Positions 59,657 through 64,000 of a DNA stretch of 64,000 nucleotides are shown piece after piece. How positions within the stretch are numbered: position 1 is the stretch's first letter; every line of letters starts with the position of its first letter. Origin of the DNA: an uncultured bacterium. GTDB taxonomy: Bacteria > Bdellovibrionota_B > Oligoflexia > CAYFLR01. Both the position numbers and the translations under genes were made by a program. The stretch lies in NCBI GenBank assembly GCA_964544765.1, contig CAZJDM010000001.1, positions 1,851-65,850 on the forward strand, written 5' to 3'. The notes beneath the pieces are model-generated. The model saw nothing but the letters and a program-made list of their open reading frames with translations. It was not told where the DNA came from and did not search any database.

Positions 59657-61243
59657 ATGACATCCATAAGAAATCGAATAAAAAAGCTAAGAAAAAACAA
59701 GAATGAAAAGGATATTCCTATAATAATGAAGGATAAATCTTCGACTACGAAGCAAAATGATCCTGAAATTACCTCCCAATCTAAATGCTCCCAAGAAGCC
59801 CAAGATAATGATAAAGAAATCCCTAATTATGCAAAAAAAACCCTAATAGATGAAGCTCATTTTAATCACATTCAACTTTTAACTTACGTAAATACTTTTG
59901 TGGTGATGGTTTGCTTCATAATGATATCAATTCAATTTTTCTCTAAAAAACCAATTCAATCTAAAACGGACCTTTCACCCTCTCAAAAAAGCTTTGCTGC
60001 TTCTAGTCTAAAAGAAACGGTTGAAAATAAGACGTTAACAGCAAGTAGTACTTCTGCAGATAAAGAAAAAAATATGAATCTTTCACCAACCATAAAAATT
60101 CGCGACCCTGAAGCAGATGATAATCCTTCCCTTTCGATAGCATTACCCTCAAGAGATATACCAAATAACAAAAAAACCAAGAAAAAACAAATGCTGGGAC
60201 CTACAATCACAAATAAAGCTATTACAAATCTACAAACAAAGGAAGAATCGAATACACCTTATAATTCTTATAACTCTAATGTTAAGGATTCCTTAAATAG
60301 AAAGTCAGAAGAATTACCCACAACAGCTTTATATAATTACTTTAAACAGTTAAATAAAAAACAAAGCGATTCACCATCTCACAGGTTTATAACTCGTGAT
60401 TTCACGTTTCACTTTTCGGACCATATCTACAAATCCGGAAAATATCAAATAACTGAAAGAATAGAGACCGTTTTGGAAGAAATAGCTAATCTGGTAAAAC
60501 CTTTCGAGAAGGATTTAACATTAACCGTGATAGGGCATTCTGAAACACAGGAAAAGGAAGTATCAAGCCATCACGATGAGCCACCTTCACTCTCTCTATT
60601 ACGAGCACAAGGAGCTATTGAGATACTAAACCTACTCGATCTCAGAGATTGTAGCGCTATAGCAGTGGGTGCTGAAAACAAAATTCGCAATGCCAGATCT
60701 ATTAGCATACGATTTGAAAGAAATATGAATCCTTCTACCAATACAGACGATCAATCACACAAAAGATTGTTAGACAAAGATGAAAAGCAAGTAAGCTCAG
60801 ATAAATTATCAATAGACAAATTTGAAGACACCCTTAATGAAATAGATCGTTTTTTAAAAACTAAAGAATTGGGTTATATTGATAGATCATCCTCAACTTC
60901 TGCGGTTCTTCATTTCAAAAACAATTATTTCAATACCGGAGAATTTAAATTATCAAGTAAAGAAAGAAAAGATATTAACCAACTGTATAAAATAATTAAT
61001 ATTTTAAGCAGCGACATAAAATTAGAGGTCATTGGACATACTGACGCTAGGAAAATAAAAACCAAAGCTCTCAAAAAAGCAGTAGCTAATAATTTGTTAC
61101 TATCTAAATTAAGGGCTCAAACTATAGCTCAAGCTATGATCAAAAGTGGATTTAAAACAGAAAACATTGAAACTCGTGGAAAAGGACCGTCAGAAAGGGA
61201 TACTCGTAGTGTTAGTATCCATATGCAAATAAAAACTATTTAA
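59657..61243 (+). CDS. membrane-anchored protein with two tandem degenerate OmpA-like peptidoglycan-binding domains
   Basis: Basic cytoplasmic N-terminus, one TM helix with no conserved Asp (LLTYVNTFVVMVCFIMISIQFF), then two OmpA_C-like modules (…LTLTVIGHSETQ…LLRAQGAIEIL and …LEVIGHTDARK…LLLSKLRAQTIAQAMIKSG). Confidence 0.55.
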   Translation: MTSIRNRIKKLRKNKNEKDIPIIMKDKSSTTKQNDPEITSQSKCSQEAQDNDKEIPNYAKKTLIDEAHFNHIQLLTYVNTFVVMVCFIMISIQFFSKKPIQSKTDLSPSQKSFAASSLKETVENKTLTASSTSADKEKNMNLSPTIKIRDPEADDNPSLSIALPSRDIPNNKKTKKKQMLGPTITNKAITNLQTKEESNTPYNSYNSNVKDSLNRKSEELPTTALYNYFKQLNKKQSDSPSHRFITRDFTFHFSDHIYKSGKYQITERIETVLEEIANLVKPFEKDLTLTVIGHSETQEKEVSSHHDEPPSLSLLRAQGAIEILNLLDLRDCSAIAVGAENKIRNARSISIRFERNMNPSTNTDDQSHKRLLDKDEKQVSSDKLSIDKFEDTLNEIDRFLKTKELGYIDRSSSTSAVLHFKNNYFNTGEFKLSSKERKDINQLYKIINILSSDIKLEVIGHTDARKIKTKALKKAVANNLLLSKLRAQTIAQAMIKSGFKTENIETRGKGPSERDTRSVSIHMQIKTI

Positions 61244-61325
61244 TTTTTCAAATCCTCGTCTTGTACATTTGACCATTGAAAAAATATGTTGTAGTTAATA
61301 AAAGCTTATTTTTTAAGGTTGTGAC

Positions 61326-61760
61326 ATGAAAAAAAACTTTGATTTTACGACATTATTTTCTGACGATTCTTTTGAAAAGCTTTCTAAGCTGACACAAAAA
61401 CGATTTATCGCCTACCTAAAATCAGACGAGACCATTACTTTTAGCGGTTCTTTTGATCAATTAGCATTGAAAATAGACCTATCTTTATCTAACAAGGACA
61501 GGTCATTCTACTATGAAATCAATGCTGCGATGGACCTAGTTTCAAATCCCCCAATTACTCCCTCAGACGCCCGGGACAAAGTAATCGACCTAATAGACCA
61601 ATATCTCATCGAATATTTTGAGAGCGGTAGAGAAGTTTTTCTTTTTATAGACTGGAAAACATATACAATTGATCAATACACTATCCACATGAAAGGACAA
61701 ATCTTAAACAAATTAGCTGAAGATATGGCGGACCAATTATTACAAGGAAATTCGCATTAA
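61326..61760 (+). CDS. hypothetical protein (144 aa)
   Basis: Unbroken ORF with an RBS-like upstream sequence. No recognisable motif. Confidence 0.35.
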   Translation: MKKNFDFTTLFSDDSFEKLSKLTQKRFIAYLKSDETITFSGSFDQLALKIDLSLSNKDRSFYYEINAAMDLVSNPPITPSDARDKVIDLIDQYLIEYFESGREVFLFIDWKTYTIDQYTIHMKGQILNKLAEDMADQLLQGNSH

Positions 61761-61794
61761 AAATTTACATCTAAGCGAATAACATCACCGTCAC

Positions 61795-63699
61795 TTATTG
61801 ACTAGCTACATTAAAAGATCCCAAGTAGGGATATTCTTTTAGATATTTTTTTATATAGTCAAGGATTTCTGTTCGTCTTTCCTCCAATATTAACCCATTT
61901 CTTGTGATTTGTTGATTTATTGATTCTAATAGATCCCGACAAGCATAATTCATATCAAATAGAGTACTTTCAACGGTTGCTCCCAGAAGAGATTGACTAA
62001 TTTTTACCTCACCATCATCAACCAATACATGCACTTCATTGATTTTACCTAACAAATTATGGTTCATAGAAAGAGTTTCTTGATAGGCGCCGGTTAAAAA
62101 GATAGCCAAATAATAGGATTTATTGCCAAAATCATGTAACTCGATATATTTCTTCTTGTCTCTAGAATCAATAAAAGCATCAATACAACCATCAGAATCA
62201 CAAGTTATATCAACTATTGTGGCCTCATAGTCTGGTTTTCTATTATGTTGTGAAATGGGAACAATTGGAAAAAGTTGCTCCAAAGCCCAATGGTCTGGAA
62301 TAGAGTTAAAAATTGAAAAATTTGCCAAAAACTTTTTCTCTTGGTTTTTCTTCAAAACAACATAAATCTCCTCAGAGATCGGACTCCCCACAACCAATCC
62401 ATAGGCCTTATTACAGATCTCATCAAAAAATATTTCACCAAAGGCTCGTTCGATTAAATTTAGATACCCTAAACGAAAAAGGTTATAGACATCATCGCGA
62501 TGATGAATAGCATCATAAAGATATTCCTCACAATTTTTTAAAGAAATATTCTTATAGATGTATTGAAGCTCTTTTAGAGCCAAATGTTCAAAATTCATTA
62601 ATTTCATATCATTGGTAATACGATTCTCATTACCCTGTATTTCTCTTATGTCCGCCACTAAAACCGAGTGATAGGCAGCAACATATCGCCCACTTTCTGT
62701 AACAATAGTGGGGTGAAGAACATTTTCAGCAGTGCATAATTCACCAATTAAAAACACCAAGTCATTGGCAAATTCCTGTACATTATAATTGGCACTGGCA
62801 TAATAAGAGGTTTTACTACCATCATAATCTACACCAATGCCCCCTCCCACATTAAGATACTTTATTGAACTACCCATTTGCATTAACTGAATATAAACTC
62901 TTACCGCTTCGGTTACCGCTGATTTTATTGTTCGAATATCGGGGATCTGACTACCGATATGATAATGCAACATAGTAAATTTACAGGTTAATTTATTTAA
63001 CTTTAATGTTTCCCAGGCTCTAATAATCTCAGTAGTTGTTAAGCCGAATTTAGAACGCTGACCACTAGTCTGGCTCCAAATACCTGTCCCCCTAGAACAC
63101 AGCTTAATACGCATTCCAATTTCTGGTAAGTCTTTAAATCTTTCGCTAAACTTTAAAATTAAGCCCAACTCATCCAGTCCTTCTATCACTAGCACCACAT
63201 TCTTTCCAATTTCTTTAGCAATAAAGGCTAGCTCAATATAACTAGCATCTTTAAATCCATTACAGACTATTAAAGCGTTTGGATGTAAATCATGGGTCAA
63301 AGCAGCAAATAGTTCAGGTTTGGTTCCTACTTCAAGCCCATATGCATATTTATCCCCATACTTTATCAATGAATCTATAAATTCCTTACGATGATTCACC
63401 TTATAAGGAAAAAGACCTAAATGTTCTCCCTGATAACCATTTTCTTTGATTGCTTTTTTAAAAGAGCCAATTAACCTACTGATTTGAGTGTCTATAATTT
63501 GAGGAAATCTAACTAAAAAAGGAGTATTGAGTGATCTATTCTCTACTTGCTTAACTATTTCTACCAGATCAACTTTTTCTTTTTTTTGTCCAGTTGGATA
63601 TATAACTACATGCCCTTTTTCATCTATATCTACATAACCAGAACCCCATTCTTCAATATTGTATAGTTCTTTGGCTGCTTCGACATTACTTCTAATCAT
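61795..63699 (-). CDS. speA: biosynthetic arginine decarboxylase
   Basis: 634 aa. The Orn/DAP/Arg decarboxylase fold-III architecture, with the SpeA-specific N-terminal extension and C-terminal beta domain, recognised by overall similarity. Confidence 0.7.
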   Translation of the reverse strand: MIRSNVEAAKELYNIEEWGSGYVDIDEKGHVVIYPTGQKKEKVDLVEIVKQVENRSLNTPFLVRFPQIIDTQISRLIGSFKKAIKENGYQGEHLGLFPYKVNHRKEFIDSLIKYGDKYAYGLEVGTKPELFAALTHDLHPNALIVCNGFKDASYIELAFIAKEIGKNVVLVIEGLDELGLILKFSERFKDLPEIGMRIKLCSRGTGIWSQTSGQRSKFGLTTTEIIRAWETLKLNKLTCKFTMLHYHIGSQIPDIRTIKSAVTEAVRVYIQLMQMGSSIKYLNVGGGIGVDYDGSKTSYYASANYNVQEFANDLVFLIGELCTAENVLHPTIVTESGRYVAAYHSVLVADIREIQGNENRITNDMKLMNFEHLALKELQYIYKNISLKNCEEYLYDAIHHRDDVYNLFRLGYLNLIERAFGEIFFDEICNKAYGLVVGSPISEEIYVVLKKNQEKKFLANFSIFNSIPDHWALEQLFPIVPISQHNRKPDYEATIVDITCDSDGCIDAFIDSRDKKKYIELHDFGNKSYYLAIFLTGAYQETLSMNHNLLGKINEVHVLVDDGEVKISQSLLGATVESTLFDMNYACRDLLESINQQITRNGLILEERRTEILDYIKKYLKEYPYLGSFNVASQ

Positions 63700-63824
63700 T
63701 TTATAACCTTATAAACATACAAAAGAACACACTCAAAACCAGAATGTCATATATCTTATAAAAGGCTACTTTTTCAAGAAATTTTACTGAAAAAAAAAAT
63801 TCTTTCTGTTAAAAATTATTTATT

Positions 63825-64000
63825 ATGAGAGTAATTTCTGGAAAATTCAGAGGAAAAAAATTAATCAGTCCTAAAGATAATCAAATCCGACCAACCAGCG
63901 ATAAAGTAAAAGGAGCCATTTTTAATATACTCCAAAGACAGATAAATGGCTCTAAATGCTTGGATCTATTTGCGGGTACTGGGAACTTAGGAATTGAAGC
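63825..64000 (+). CDS. rsmD: 16S rRNA (guanine966-N2)-methyltransferase RsmD, 5' part (runs off the window)
   Basis: MRVISGKFRGKKLISPKDNQIRPTSDKVKGAIFNI...LDLFAGTGNLGIE matches the RsmD N-terminus and SAM motif I. Confidence 0.6.
   Translation, partial: MRVISGKFRGKKLISPKDNQIRPTSDKVKGAIFNILQRQINGSKCLDLFAGTGNLGIE

Overview
AT-rich bacterial chromosomal segment, about 30% GC by eye, densely packed with housekeeping genes. The organism appears to be a flagellated diderm: LpxH-like, OmpA-like and beta-barrel outer-membrane genes are present. Recognisable blocks in order: holB-tmk; lon; hemW-grpE-J-domain protein; mutS; a large minus-strand flagellar operon; rpoH; a DnaJ-like/DUF1844 pair; glmU-like/glmS; uvrD; mnmG-parA-parB-bactofilin-def-fmt-rpe-hutH; a cysteine desulfurase and thiI separated by an IS200-like remnant; and speA. 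The flagellar operon runs secreted-ORF -> sigma-54 activator -> flgB-flgC-fliE-fliF-fliG-fliH-fliI-fliJ-ylxF-like-fliK-flgD-flgE. It sits behind a textbook -24/-12 (sigma-54) promoter. A near-consensus parS lies between mnmG and parA, so the window is probably origin-proximal. Several things are not explained by ordinary annotation. Two paralogous outer-membrane proteins form a pair, one with a CsgG/FlgO-like N-domain. A lipid-kinase / APH-like kinase / nucleotidyltransferase trio sits next to a GlmU that lacks its acetyltransferase half. A start-less His-rich ORF is coupled to a wHTH gene. An orphan ORF carries a trypsin-like GDSG remnant beside a degenerate IS200 tnpA. A lipoprotein carries 18-bp in-frame tandem repeats and a sorting-signal-like C-terminal tail. 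Two G8 homopolymer tracts sit inside fliH and the cysteine desulfurase in this otherwise AT-rich sequence. No rRNA, tRNA or CRISPR array was seen. Lineage cannot be assigned from sequence alone; a Bdellovibrionota/Oligoflexia-like or other deep-branching AT-rich diderm is a guess.
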